Positions 17,918 through 28,231 of a DNA stretch of 64,000 nucleotides are shown here, piece by piece (within the stretch, counting starts at the first letter, position 1; every line of letters begins with the position of its first letter). The stretch spans positions 832,001 to 896,000 of the forward strand of contig JAXGYC010000007.1 in NCBI GenBank assembly GCA_040772485.1, in the 5' to 3' direction. The position numbers and the translations under genes are program-made. Source of the stretch: Sedimentisphaerales bacterium. GTDB lineage: Bacteria; Planctomycetota; Phycisphaerae; Sedimentisphaerales; Anaerobacaceae. The notes beneath the pieces were generated by a model. It ran no database searches. It was not told where the DNA came from and worked only from the letters and a program-made list of their open reading frames with translations.

Positions 17918-19297
17918 CTACCCCAGTGCGGACTCGCGAATCTCCGAGACCGCGTCAATGTACCGCCGTGCCGCAGCCTCGTCCCTGGCCTCGACGATAA
18001 TGCGCATGACAGGCTCGGTGTTGCTGGTGCGCAGATGCACCCAGCCGTCGTCGAAGTCGAAACGGCACCCGTCGGACGTGTCCATCGCCGCGCCGGCAAA
18101 CCGCTGCTTCGTTTGAGCGATGATGCGCTCCGCCTGGCCCGCATCAGCAGCGAATTTGTCCTTGTGCATGTAGTAGCTGCCGATCTGGCGCACCTGTTGG
18201 CTCACCGTCTGGCCCGTCTGGGCCATCAGTTGCAGAACCAGCGCCATCGCCACAAGACTGTCGCGAATCGGCCCCACGCGAAGATCAATGACCCCCCCGT
18301 TTCCCTCGCCGCCGATGATGCAATCATTTGCCAGCATGGCGCCGGCGACGTTGGCCTCTCCCACCGGCGTACGTATGACGCGGCCGCCGGCGGCCTTGGC
18401 GACGTCGTCGATCATGCGGGAGGTGGACAGATTTGCCGCCGCCGTGCCCGTGCGGGAGGAATACACATGCTTTGCGGCCAGCGTCAGCGTGTACTCCTCA
18501 CCGATGTAGAGGCCGTTCTCGTCGACGATCGCCAGCCGGTCGGCGTCCGGGTCCTGCGCAAAGCCCACATCGGCTCCGGCCTGCCTGACCCGCTCGCACA
18601 GGCCGCCCAAGTTGGCAGCGGTCGGCTCAGGCTCGTGCGCGAACAGCCCCGTCGGCTCATCGTTCATCGCCACGATCTCACAACCCAGCTCGGTCAGCAG
18701 TCTCTTCGCCACAGGCGCACCGGCTCCGTTGACACTGTCCAGCGCGATCTTGTACCTGCGGCGCGCAACTTGTTGTGATTGCACGACCGCTAACACCTTC
18801 TGCACGTGGATGCGATCCGTCTCGGAATTGACGGCGACCCTTCCGCATTGGGCAGAGCCGGCAAACGCGAATCTCTTGTCGAAGAAACGCCGGCGAATCT
18901 GCGCTGCGGTTTCCGGCGGCGGCGCCATGCCGTTGTCCAGAAGCAGCTTGATCCCGTTGTAGGCAAGCGGGTTGTGCGACGCCGTGATGATAACGCCGCC
19001 CCGGCAACCGAGATGGCGCAGCATGATGCCGACCCCTGGGGTCGTCACCAGGCCCAAGTCAATCGCCTCAACGCCGACCGCACACAGACCAGCCATAACC
19101 GCCGAAGCGAGCATCTGGCCGCTGACGCGGGAATCCCGTCCGACGCAGACGGAAGGCCGTGGCCCACCGGCCCCCCCTTTCAGGAAGCTGCCAAAGGCAC
19201 AACCGTACTCGGCGGCGATTGCCGGCGTGAGATTCTCACCGACAATGCCACGCATCCCGCTGACGCTGATGATGAGTTCCTCGGCCATGATATCCAT
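17918..19297 (-). CDS. glmM: Phosphohexomutase (phosphoglucosamine mutase / PMM family)
   Basis: ITASHNP (phospho-Ser), DPDADR, GEGNGG and RTSNTEP motifs; exact substrate uncertain. Confidence 0.78.
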   Translation of the reverse strand: MDIMAEELIISVSGMRGIVGENLTPAIAAEYGCAFGSFLKGGAGGPRPSVCVGRDSRVSGQMLASAVMAGLCAVGVEAIDLGLVTTPGVGIMLRHLGCRGGVIITASHNPLAYNGIKLLLDNGMAPPPETAAQIRRRFFDKRFAFAGSAQCGRVAVNSETDRIHVQKVLAVVQSQQVARRRYKIALDSVNGAGAPVAKRLLTELGCEIVAMNDEPTGLFAHEPEPTAANLGGLCERVRQAGADVGFAQDPDADRLAIVDENGLYIGEEYTLTLAAKHVYSSRTGTAAANLSTSRMIDDVAKAAGGRVIRTPVGEANVAGAMLANDCIIGGEGNGGVIDLRVGPIRDSLVAMALVLQLMAQTGQTVSQQVRQIGSYYMHKDKFAADAGQAERIIAQTKQRFAGAAMDTSDGCRFDFDDGWVHLRTSNTEPVMRIIVEARDEAAARRYIDAVSEIRESALG

Positions 19298-19382
19298 TCT
19301 CTGGCAATACCGTCCACGCGCCGCTCACAAGCGTCGAGAGGGCATTGCGGCATCCGTGCTTGTGGGTCGCCGACTGGGGTCT

Positions 19383-20969
19383 CTACAGCGTACAGACGTA
19401 GATCTCGTTGACGAAGTCGAGCTTTGTAAGCTCTGCGACAGCGTCATCGCTCGGCTCTTTGTCGAGGCTCACCGCCAGGATGGCCTTATGCTCTTCCAGC
19501 TTCTGGCCGACGCCCATGGTGCCGATGTTGATGCGGTGCTTTCCGCAGACCGTTCCGACCGCCCCGATGACACCCGGCTTGTCGTCGTTGAAGATGACCA
19601 GCACCGCTCCCTGCGGCGTCATTTCGATGTTGAATCCGTCGATCTCGATGATGCGCAGCAGCCGCTCACCGAACACGGAGCCCGTCACAGTTCGAGTGAC
19701 TTTCGTTGTGACGACCTTCGCACTGAAGCTCGAGGCAACGTCCTTGGCCTCGCTGTTCTTGGTCTCGTCGGTGTTGATGCCGCGTTCCTTGGCGAGCACG
19801 GGCGTGTTGACCATATTCAGGGGCATCTCAAAATGCTTCTGAAGCAGCCCCATCAGGAAGCCGAGGGTCATCGGCTGGACGTCCATTTCCGCAACCGTTC
19901 CACGATACTGGACTTCGATGCCTTTGATATTGCCCGGAGCGATCGTGCTGAGCAGCGCCCCAACACGGCGGGCCAGCTCGGCATAGCGGCGGACCATCGG
20001 CGGCACAGCACCGGCTGTCGAGGGCGCGTTGATCGCGTTCTTGATCGGACCGCCCTTGATGGCATCGAGAAGGATCTCCGCCGCCTCGACTGCCACCTCC
20101 ACCTGCGCTTCCTCCGTGCTGGCGCCCAGGTGCGGGGTCACCAGGCAGTTGCCCAGCTCGGCGAAGCGGATGTTCACAGGGGGTTCGCTCGAGAACACGT
20201 CGAGGGCCGCCCCGGCAATTCGCTTGGCCGCCAGGGCGTCGTACAGGGCTTCCTCATTGATGATACCGCCACGGGCGCAGTTGACCAGACGCACGGTCGG
20301 CTTCATCATCTCGATCTGCTTGGCCCCGATCATGTTGAGCGTCTGCTCGTTCTTGGGAACATGAAGGCTGATGAAATCGGACTCCCTGAAGATCCGCTCG
20401 ATATCATCCGTCACCTCGACCCCCTTCTGCTGCGCATCTTTCGGCGCCGCCAGCGGATCGAATCCGAGCACCTTCATGTTGAATCCGCGGGCCATCTGGG
20501 CCACGGCCATACCGATCCGCCCGAGGCCGATCAGGCCCAGGACCTTGCGGTTGAGCTGATTTCCGGTGTATTTCTTGCGGTCCCAGGCCCCGGATTTGAG
20601 ACTGTTGCAGGCGGGGACCACGTTCCGGCTCATGGCCAACATCAAAGCCACCGTGTGCTCGGCGGCGCTGAGCGTATTGCCCCCGGGCGTGTTCATCACG
20701 AGGATTCCCTTGCGGGTCGCTTCCTTGACGTCGATATTGTCCACCCCCACGCCGGCCCGGGCGACGCCCTTGAGCTTGCCCGGATTGGCCAGAACCTTCG
20801 CCGTGACTTTGGTGTCGCTGCGAACGATCAGTCCGTCATACTCGCCGATGATGGAAGCGAGTTCATCCTCGCTGATCCCCGTCTTGACGACGGCCTCGAC
20901 GCCGTCGGCCGCGTTGATGATATCGATCCCCTCCCGGGCCAGTTTGTCCGAAATCAACACTTTCATCAT
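19383..20969 (-). CDS. serA: D-3-phosphoglycerate dehydrogenase with C-terminal ACT domain
   Basis: RAGVGVDNID, GLGRIG, NCARGG, TPHLGASTEEAQ and NDDKPGVIG motifs. Confidence 0.95.
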   Translation of the reverse strand: MMKVLISDKLAREGIDIINAADGVEAVVKTGISEDELASIIGEYDGLIVRSDTKVTAKVLANPGKLKGVARAGVGVDNIDVKEATRKGILVMNTPGGNTLSAAEHTVALMLAMSRNVVPACNSLKSGAWDRKKYTGNQLNRKVLGLIGLGRIGMAVAQMARGFNMKVLGFDPLAAPKDAQQKGVEVTDDIERIFRESDFISLHVPKNEQTLNMIGAKQIEMMKPTVRLVNCARGGIINEEALYDALAAKRIAGAALDVFSSEPPVNIRFAELGNCLVTPHLGASTEEAQVEVAVEAAEILLDAIKGGPIKNAINAPSTAGAVPPMVRRYAELARRVGALLSTIAPGNIKGIEVQYRGTVAEMDVQPMTLGFLMGLLQKHFEMPLNMVNTPVLAKERGINTDETKNSEAKDVASSFSAKVVTTKVTRTVTGSVFGERLLRIIEIDGFNIEMTPQGAVLVIFNDDKPGVIGAVGTVCGKHRINIGTMGVGQKLEEHKAILAVSLDKEPSDDAVAELTKLDFVNEIYVCTL

Positions 20970-21005
20970 ACACAGCACTCCCGCAACTGTCCATTGTCCG
21001 TACGG

Positions 21006-21479
21006 CTAACCAGTACTCTGCGCCGCGAAGGCTCGGGCCAGTGTTACCGCCCAGCCGGCAGCCAGAACCACGAGCAAAACCAAGATCCAGTACGCAACCT
21101 TCGTCTCGTGCAAGAGACGATCGAAGACCTTGAAATATATCCCAAGGACCGCCGTTAGAAAAGCCAAAAATGCCGTCAACACGAGGACGCTGCACAGAAA
21201 CGCGGCGGCCGGCTGAATGTAAAACGCATCCAACAATTGCCCTCGCGCAAAGGCGAGCACGGAGGTCGTCATGCCACAGGCCGGACAGGGCCATCCCGTC
21301 CGCTGCCTGAAACCGCACGGGTTGAAAAGCAGCCCGAAGTCGAAACCACGTCGCTGAAGGACCCACAGGCCCGCGAAGAGCGAGAGAATCGACAACGATA
21401 TCCCCAAGGCCACACGGCGCTCCGAAGCCGTTGCGCGACGGGTGAGTTTGGCGGCATTTGCCGATTGGCGTGTCAGCAT
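21006..21479 (-). CDS. DUF2752-like membrane protein
   Basis: CGFRQRTGWPCPACGMTTS motif with flanking TM helices; start uncertain. Confidence 0.75.
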   Translation of the reverse strand: MLTRQSANAAKLTRRATASERRVALGISLSILSLFAGLWVLQRRGFDFGLLFNPCGFRQRTGWPCPACGMTTSVLAFARGQLLDAFYIQPAAAFLCSVLVLTAFLAFLTAVLGIYFKVFDRLLHETKVAYWILVLLVVLAAGWAVTLARAFAAQSTG

Positions 21480-21540
21480 AGCGACAGTAGAATAGAAGGA
21501 GTCAACACCCCTGTCAACGATAACGAAGAGGTAGCCCGGT

Positions 21541-22356
21541 ATGTGCTTGGAACAGCAGGCGTTAAGCCAGATTCTCGAGACAGCCATTGTCGCCGCCCGG
21601 CTCGCGGGTCAGCGCGCGATGGAGGAAATGAACTACGTCAAGGCCACCTTGAAGAATCCGACCGAGCTGGTCACCGACGCCGACCGGCATTGCCAGCAGC
21701 TCATCGTCGACCGCATCAAGGAGAGCTTCCCCGACCACGGTTTCATCGCCGAAGAAGGTGAGCCGGGAAGGATTTTCAAGCGCGCTCCTCGCGGCGAGCC
21801 GGCCATCTGGTGGGTGATCGACCCGATCGACGGGACGAACAACTTCGCTCACGCCATTCCGATCTTCACGGTCAGCATCGGCGTCCTCCACGAGGGCCGG
21901 CCGATCGCCGGCGTCGTCTTCGACCCCGCCACCGAATCGATGTACACGGCGGTCAAAGGAGGAGAAGCCCGGCTCAACGGCCGACGCATCGAGACCGGCC
22001 AGGACGACATCGCCGCCGTAAACAGCATCGGGTTGGACAGCCACTTCGGCGACCCGCTGCCGAGCTGGGTCGCTCGCATCATTCGCCAGTCGCGATTCCG
22101 CAACTTCGGGACGACCGCGCTGCAACTGGCGTACGTGGCCGCAGGAGGATTGGTGGGCACCGTGGTCTGCACGCCGAAGCTGTGGGACATCGCCGCCGGC
22201 GTCATGATCGCGGAGGCCGCCGGAGCGGTCGCCAGTGACTGGAGGGGCAGACCCCTGTTCCCCGTGGACCTGGACAACTACGAGGGACACGCCTTCGATG
22301 TGCTCGTCGCCAACAAGAAAGTGCATCCCAGGCTCGTCGAGTGGATCGGCGCGTAG
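21541..22356 (+). CDS. suhB: Inositol monophosphatase family protein
   Basis: LVTDAD, AEEG, WVIDPIDGTNNF and WDIAAG motifs. Confidence 0.9.
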   Translation: MCLEQQALSQILETAIVAARLAGQRAMEEMNYVKATLKNPTELVTDADRHCQQLIVDRIKESFPDHGFIAEEGEPGRIFKRAPRGEPAIWWVIDPIDGTNNFAHAIPIFTVSIGVLHEGRPIAGVVFDPATESMYTAVKGGEARLNGRRIETGQDDIAAVNSIGLDSHFGDPLPSWVARIIRQSRFRNFGTTALQLAYVAAGGLVGTVVCTPKLWDIAAGVMIAEAAGAVASDWRGRPLFPVDLDNYEGHAFDVLVANKKVHPRLVEWIGA

Positions 22357-22359
22357 GCG

Positions 22360-24894
22360 CTATCGCGGATCGGGAACCGGATACAGCGAGACCAGTCTCG
22401 CTCTTGGATTTGCCTCGCTCGCCTGACTGCGGTCGAGGATGGCCATCATTCGCTTCTGCGGCCCGTTGACACCGATCCGCACCAGGATGTAGGCGGTGAA
22501 GACGTCGCTGCGCACCGTCACCAGATCGCTGACCCGCGTAAAGAGCACATCGCGTTCTTCAAGGTCGTCTCGGACTTCATCGGGGGTGACATCGGGGCCC
22601 GGCGGATCGTCCTCGTGCAGATTGTCGACGCCGTCGTTGTTCAGTTGCCGCATCTCCGGAACCTGCAACAATCCGGCGGCGTTTCGGAAGGGACCGTATT
22701 GCTCGCGGTGCCCCACGATGGCCTGGGCCCGCACGTACGTGGGCTGTCCGTTGGGTTGGTATTGCATCCACGGCAGTTGCGCGATCACGAACCAGGGCGC
22801 CGTGTTGATGTTGATCCGTCCCATGATGCGCGTCTCATCGGCGGCCCGGCCGTGCTCGGTCGGATCGAGGACGGTCAGGTAGTTCAGCAATTCCGCGTAA
22901 TCCGGCCTGGCGAGGTCCAGCAGCACGCCGGCCGCCGTGTCGTCGCGGGTGATGCCTGAGGCACTGGTGGCGAAGAGCATCCCCAGCTCGCCGATGTTCT
23001 TCAGCGGCCGGTTCGCCGGATGGGCCTGGATGACACCTTCATCGGGATCGACGTAATTGCCCGTGGCATGTCCAAGCCCTGGAGAATCCGTCGCGATTTC
23101 ACTCCAGAGTTTGCGGATGCACTTGCCGGGCGAGATGTCTCGCTGGAGACTGCGGGCCCCTTGGTTGGGCGCCATCCAGCCGGTCCCCACCCTCATGTGA
23201 TCGACCGTCGTCCAGGTGTCCGTCTGCTCGACGTACCGTTCGAGCGATATCCTGGCTCCCTGCGCGAAGCCGTTGGGATCGATCTGGGCCGTGGGATTGG
23301 CGTACGCGCTCGGGCGATACCCATAGCGCTGGAGGGCATCTTCCGGATCCGGATCGGAGAACCCGCTGTCGTTGAACAGCTCTGCTATCGGGTCCTCATT
23401 GAGAATAACATGAAAACGCCGCGTCCCCGACCACACCACCGGCACATGTCTGGACCCGCCGTCGTCCGTAATCGTCAGACGCCATTGGCCAGCCTGCGGA
23501 TCCCTGTCTTCGAAGTATGGCTTGAAGAGTTCGATGGCCGTCGAAGTGTGAACCACACCGGTCGCGTCCGTCACCCCGCGGTAGGCGACTTCAGAGATGT
23601 AGATGCAAGGCTGCTCAAAACCGTAGTACTGCGCACCGGAACTGCCGGGACCGGCGATGGCCGTGACCACGTCGTCGTCGTCAACGTAGTCCCGCAGGTT
23701 GGCCGCGAGCTGGGCCGAGTCGCCACTGAGGGCGTCCGCCAGGCGTCCCCCGCCGGCCAGCGCTGCGACGATGGCGTCGCGAATGGCGTTCTCATCGGCG
23801 CTGTTGACATTCACCTTCTTGCGCAACGTCACGGAACCGACCAGGATCGGCCCTGGGGTAACGATGCGGTCCATGTTGTAGGTCGTGGCCAGATGCCGGT
23901 ACGCGTAATTGGGATCGAGCGTCCCGTCGTCGCGGACCCGGGCAAACCAGCTGTCGAGCGCCTCGCCCGCCGAATCCACAGGCGTGGAGATCGTACGGGG
24001 CTTGAAGCGTCCCCACGTTTCGATGCGCGCGTCGATGTCCGCGTGATTGAGCAGGAACCGATAGCGCAACTCCAGCTCATCCGACAGATCGAATGTGCGA
24101 TACGGGCTGTTCGGATCCGATCGGCCGTATTGCCAGATCACCCACTGCTCATAACCCCTCAAGCCCTCGGTCGGATCGATTCGGCGCTCCGCCAGCAGCG
24201 CCGCCGCGTGGTTTTGCCGGTCCACCGGCGTGCTGTTACGGTCCCCCGCCAAGGCGATCACGTTGATCTGCTGGACGCTGTTTCCATCGACGCTGGCGGA
24301 GTCGGGCCGATTCGGATCGAACCAATAGCCCGTGTTGACGTTCAGCATGGCGGAGTTGTCGATGATCCGAACGGCGGCGTAGACCGGCCTGCCTCGGCTC
24401 GACGTGATGTCGGGCACCTTGAGCCACCGTGCATCTCCCACGCCGTCTCCGCTGGCGTCGGCGTTGGTCCCGGTCATATTGACGTCGATGACGTCTCGAT
24501 CGCCGATGACACGGATTCGCACGTTTCTTGCGTCGGCCGCATTGATGTCGGCGATACGACTGATCTGCCGCCAGTAGTAGTCAGAACCCGACCGATAAGG
24601 CTCCAGGTCCGCCAGCCACGCATCGTTGACATCCGGGAAATCCCAGTACTCCGGATCGTCCGAAACACCGGGTGCGTCGGCAATCAGCATCTCGCCGATC
24701 TGGGCCACCAGTGTCTCGACCGCCAAGCTGAGCTGCTGATTCTCCGTCGCCGCCGACGTGGCCATCCGGTCGATTCGCGCCGTCATGATGAACAGCACGC
24801 CCACGATCGCCAGCAGGCTCGTGAGAACCACCGTGAGGATCAACGCCGAACCCGGACGAGAGTCCGCCGAGGATTGTCTAACCCATGCCGCCAT
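22360..24894 (-). CDS. Large PilX/GspK-like minor pilin with helix-hairpin-helix-like segments
   Basis: GSALILTVVL class III signal lacking Glu5; RININTAP...AQAIVGHREQYGPF; TVRSDVFTAYI near the C-terminus; last gene of the pilin run. Confidence 0.75.
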   Translation of the reverse strand: MAAWVRQSSADSRPGSALILTVVLTSLLAIVGVLFIMTARIDRMATSAATENQQLSLAVETLVAQIGEMLIADAPGVSDDPEYWDFPDVNDAWLADLEPYRSGSDYYWRQISRIADINAADARNVRIRVIGDRDVIDVNMTGTNADASGDGVGDARWLKVPDITSSRGRPVYAAVRIIDNSAMLNVNTGYWFDPNRPDSASVDGNSVQQINVIALAGDRNSTPVDRQNHAAALLAERRIDPTEGLRGYEQWVIWQYGRSDPNSPYRTFDLSDELELRYRFLLNHADIDARIETWGRFKPRTISTPVDSAGEALDSWFARVRDDGTLDPNYAYRHLATTYNMDRIVTPGPILVGSVTLRKKVNVNSADENAIRDAIVAALAGGGRLADALSGDSAQLAANLRDYVDDDDVVTAIAGPGSSGAQYYGFEQPCIYISEVAYRGVTDATGVVHTSTAIELFKPYFEDRDPQAGQWRLTITDDGGSRHVPVVWSGTRRFHVILNEDPIAELFNDSGFSDPDPEDALQRYGYRPSAYANPTAQIDPNGFAQGARISLERYVEQTDTWTTVDHMRVGTGWMAPNQGARSLQRDISPGKCIRKLWSEIATDSPGLGHATGNYVDPDEGVIQAHPANRPLKNIGELGMLFATSASGITRDDTAAGVLLDLARPDYAELLNYLTVLDPTEHGRAADETRIMGRININTAPWFVIAQLPWMQYQPNGQPTYVRAQAIVGHREQYGPFRNAAGLLQVPEMRQLNNDGVDNLHEDDPPGPDVTPDEVRDDLEERDVLFTRVSDLVTVRSDVFTAYILVRIGVNGPQKRMMAILDRSQASEANPRARLVSLYPVPDPR

Positions 24895-24905
24895 CCGTTC
24901 CCCCG

Positions 24906-25979
24906 TCAGTCGTCCAAATAGACTATGTGTGTGAACGTCCTGCCGCCCGCGAGAAGCCCTTTCGAGTCGTACAGGGTGAAGGTGAATTTCAGGGCGCGTC
25001 CCAGGCCGGGGATTTCGTGCAGATGCGCCTCGTCGATACGCGAGGCCTCATACGTGACGTTCCGCAGCGTCACCGCGCCGCGCGGATACCAGATTCCGGG
25101 GTTGTCGTTCGGATCCAGATCGTCGCCATTCAGGAGGAAATCCGAATCGTCATCGAGATCTTCATCGCCGTCCGGATTGACCTCGGGTACCCAGCGTTGT
25201 TCCGCATCATCCCAGCCCTGAACGGCGAATTGCCCCACGCCATCGCACAGCAGCGCGTGCACGGGGTCCGGCTGCGACAGATCGATCACGACGCCGCGAG
25301 CGGCCTCGCTCGTCGTACTGGCGTCGGCGCCGGCGCCGGCGATCGTGACGTCGCCCACCACGGAGAGAATGTCGATCTTCTCGGCCCTGGGAATCTGCAT
25401 CCACTCCTGCAACGAGATGTTGTCGTATTCGAGGCTGCTGTTCCATTCCCGCCATTGCTCGTCGGTAAACGAGCCGGTGTCGAGCTTGTCGTCGGGGTCC
25501 GCCGTGGGCACGAGGATGTGCACCGTTCGCGCCAGCATCCGCTCGGCCGGCTTCTGCTCCTGTGGCCGCAGGCGTTCGGCGGCATTGTCGGCCGGTCTGC
25601 TCACGAGGGTATAGCAGACGCGTGCCACGTTGCCGCGGACGGCAGGATCGGCTTTGTATGTCTGGAAATCCCCCGTAGTGAAGAACATGATCCGGTCGAA
25701 TCGCTCGAACGCCAATGGATCGTTCGCGTTCGAACCGCTGTAATCGCCCTTGCGCTCGGCGTCCCAGATGATGAACAGGTCCCCATCCTTGCGCCATCCC
25801 TGGAAGTCGGCGTCGAGCTGTTCAGTGATCACGCGGAGCTTCTGCATGATCTCGGCATTGGCCAGGGCGACCCGGTGCGAGTCAATGCTCACCCGGAAGA
25901 TCACGCTGGCGAACGACATGACCACCGCCAGAATGCCCAGCGCCACCACCAGTTCGATCAATGTAAAGGCTCTTCGCAT
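24906..25979 (-). CDS. Prepilin-type protein (GspJ/PilW position)
   Basis: RA-FTLIELVVALGIL N-methylation motif. Confidence 0.85.
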   Translation of the reverse strand: MRRAFTLIELVVALGILAVVMSFASVIFRVSIDSHRVALANAEIMQKLRVITEQLDADFQGWRKDGDLFIIWDAERKGDYSGSNANDPLAFERFDRIMFFTTGDFQTYKADPAVRGNVARVCYTLVSRPADNAAERLRPQEQKPAERMLARTVHILVPTADPDDKLDTGSFTDEQWREWNSSLEYDNISLQEWMQIPRAEKIDILSVVGDVTIAGAGADASTTSEAARGVVIDLSQPDPVHALLCDGVGQFAVQGWDDAEQRWVPEVNPDGDEDLDDDSDFLLNGDDLDPNDNPGIWYPRGAVTLRNVTYEASRIDEAHLHEIPGLGRALKFTFTLYDSKGLLAGGRTFTHIVYLDD

Positions 25980-25988
25980 CCGATCGCT

Positions 25989-26771
25989 CTAAAACCGCAG
26001 GACCTTCTGATAGACTGCCACCAGGGGACTTCGCCCACCTGCCACCGGTCGCGGAACGACCCAGACCCACGCTTCTCCGCTCGCGTCGGCGTCGCCGTCG
26101 CGCCAGGGACGGTCCAGCTTGATCCGTTCGGGAGGCTCGCGGTATCGCTGAAGCACCCGATAGACCTGCCCTGTCTGATCGTCGAGAAGCGTGACGCCGT
26201 CGTTGACGAACGTGTTCTCGTCGATCTGGTCCGAAGTCACCGAGTCGATGATCGACACTTCATCTTCCGCCGACCCCGCCTCCTGGGTGACCCGGAGGCG
26301 TACAGGTCGCGGCAAGTCGCCCTGCTCAAGATTCGGGAAATCATCGCCGGAATCGCGCACCCAATACCGAGCGTCGGTCCCGGCGTGGCGACAGACAAAC
26401 ACGGTAATCTGGACCAGACGACTGTCTGCGGCCGTGCGCTTGCAGAGCGCCGTCCAGGAGTATTGCCTCGCGGCATCGTCCGCATGCGATGGATACAGGA
26501 ACTCGTCGGCCGGAATCGTCGCGAGCTCTGCGCAGGACACAAACTCGTCGGTCTCCAGATTCGGATCGGACGGATCGAGGCCATACAGGCGAACCTTCAC
26601 CAACGCCTCGTCGCTCGCCACCGCGGCAATCGTCCGTTCCGTCGAGAGCGACGTGAAGTAGATGCCCGCCATGAACGTGCCGGCGACAAACACCATGCCG
26701 ACCGCCAGCGTGCTGACGGCCAGCAGCGTCTCCAGCAGGGAAAAACCGTGTTGTCGCGGTCGCTTGTCCAT
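25989..26771 (-). CDS. Prepilin-type protein (GspI/PilV position)
   Basis: HG-FSLLETLLAV motif. Confidence 0.85.
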   Translation of the reverse strand: MDKRPRQHGFSLLETLLAVSTLAVGMVFVAGTFMAGIYFTSLSTERTIAAVASDEALVKVRLYGLDPSDPNLETDEFVSCAELATIPADEFLYPSHADDAARQYSWTALCKRTAADSRLVQITVFVCRHAGTDARYWVRDSGDDFPNLEQGDLPRPVRLRVTQEAGSAEDEVSIIDSVTSDQIDENTFVNDGVTLLDDQTGQVYRVLQRYREPPERIKLDRPWRDGDADASGEAWVWVVPRPVAGGRSPLVAVYQKVLRF

Positions 26772-26780
26772 ATCGCCCAA

Positions 26781-27632
26781 TCACTCGGAGGAAATCAACG
26801 TCCCGGTATGGGGGCTCACGTATACCACCTCTTCGCCCGACAACTGCGAGAGATAGTCCGACCACGCTGCCTTGCGGCGAAACAGAGCCGCAAAACGCGG
26901 GTGATCGCAGATGACAAAACTCGTGCGGCTCAACTCTCGGCCGAGACCGTAGTCGACCGCGTTTCCCGGCGGGGGATTGCGCGCGGAGTAGTCGTCCTGA
27001 ATGAACATGCCCCGACCGTATTCGGTGATATTCACAGCGGAGTTGAACACCTGATCCAGGGACACCTTGCTCGACCCGCTTTCATTGCTGGGCAGGCTGA
27101 ACCCGTCCCGGTTGCGGACCCGCACTTCACGCACCACCAGCTTGCCCGAGGGCGAGAACAAGATCGAAAACGCCGAGGCGTCGTTCAGCTCATGGTCTTC
27201 GTCGATATCGCTGTCGGCCGCGAGCTGGCTGAGGTCCAGGACCCCCACGGTATCGGGCAGCTTCACCGGCTCCAACCCCTCCACCGCCTTGAAACCGATG
27301 GCCAATCCTCCCATGTTCTTCGGCTCTTCGTGCACGATGAAGACCATGTATTGCGGTGCATCGGCCACGCCGATCAGCGGATTCTGCGGGTCCCGCGATC
27401 GGCACAGCTTCTGAAATCGTACGCCGGTGTATTCCTGATTTCTCACGGCCATGGCCCGTGCAGAGCTGAGGGCGGCACTGATCATGCTGCGCGTACCGCT
27501 CTGCGACTCGAACGAATGGACCAGCGACCGCAACGCCGGAAGCCCGAAGCCCACCAACAGCGCGATGGTCGCGATCACCAGCGTCATCTCGACCAGCGTC
27601 AAACCGCCCTTGTTGTGTCCTCGGCAATCCAT
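26781..27632 (-). CDS. Prepilin-type protein (GspH/FimT position)
   Basis: GG-LTLVEMTLVI motif and the FimT/GspH-like LSSARAMAV helix. Confidence 0.85.
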   Translation of the reverse strand: MDCRGHNKGGLTLVEMTLVIATIALLVGFGLPALRSLVHSFESQSGTRSMISAALSSARAMAVRNQEYTGVRFQKLCRSRDPQNPLIGVADAPQYMVFIVHEEPKNMGGLAIGFKAVEGLEPVKLPDTVGVLDLSQLAADSDIDEDHELNDASAFSILFSPSGKLVVREVRVRNRDGFSLPSNESGSSKVSLDQVFNSAVNITEYGRGMFIQDDYSARNPPPGNAVDYGLGRELSRTSFVICDHPRFAALFRRKAAWSDYLSQLSGEEVVYVSPHTGTLISSE

Positions 27633-27720
27633 GAGTTTCCATTTCCTATCGAGCCGCCGCCCGCCTTTGCCGCGGCGACACGGCTACGCCAACAGATTCT
27701 TGGCGTCATGCGTTTCTTCG

Positions 27721-28200
27721 TCAGCCGGTTCGGCTGCTGATGTCATCGGGGGTACCGAACTCCTTGTCCGGTCCCGCCGAGAGCAGTTCCGGAAAGTCGT
27801 CATCCGGCCCATAGCGATAATCCAACACCGTTCCCCACGGGTCGCGGACCTCGGCGACATCCGGGTCGGGCTGGTCGCCCTGCCTCGGGAAACTCGACAG
27901 ATGCGCCAGAACCTGGCGCGAGGCCGGCTCGGCCATCAGCCGCTCGTACAATTCCCGCATGTGCACCGCCACATTGGCATAATCCAGTTCCGGCTGGGGC
28001 GGAAACTCGCCCGTTTCTTCCCGGTACTCCTGCAAGGCGCTCTTGAACAAGGCAAACGCGCTGGCCAGGTCGCGCTCCTTGGCCTGATTGCTCATCCGCA
28101 GCGTAAGCATCACCACCATGCCGGCCACCACCGCGACGATGGCCACCACGACCAGCATCTCCACGAGGCTCAGTCCAACATGTCGTCTTGCATTCGTCAT
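27721..28200 (-). CDS. GspG-like pseudopilin
   Basis: VG-LSLVEMLVVV, DPWG and SAGPDKEFGTPDDI motifs. Confidence 0.85.
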   Translation of the reverse strand: MTNARRHVGLSLVEMLVVVAIVAVVAGMVVMLTLRMSNQAKERDLASAFALFKSALQEYREETGEFPPQPELDYANVAVHMRELYERLMAEPASRQVLAHLSSFPRQGDQPDPDVAEVRDPWGTVLDYRYGPDDDFPELLSAGPDKEFGTPDDISSRTG

Positions 28201-28231
28201 GGTCCCAGACCGCCGCCGCAACCGACCCGAC

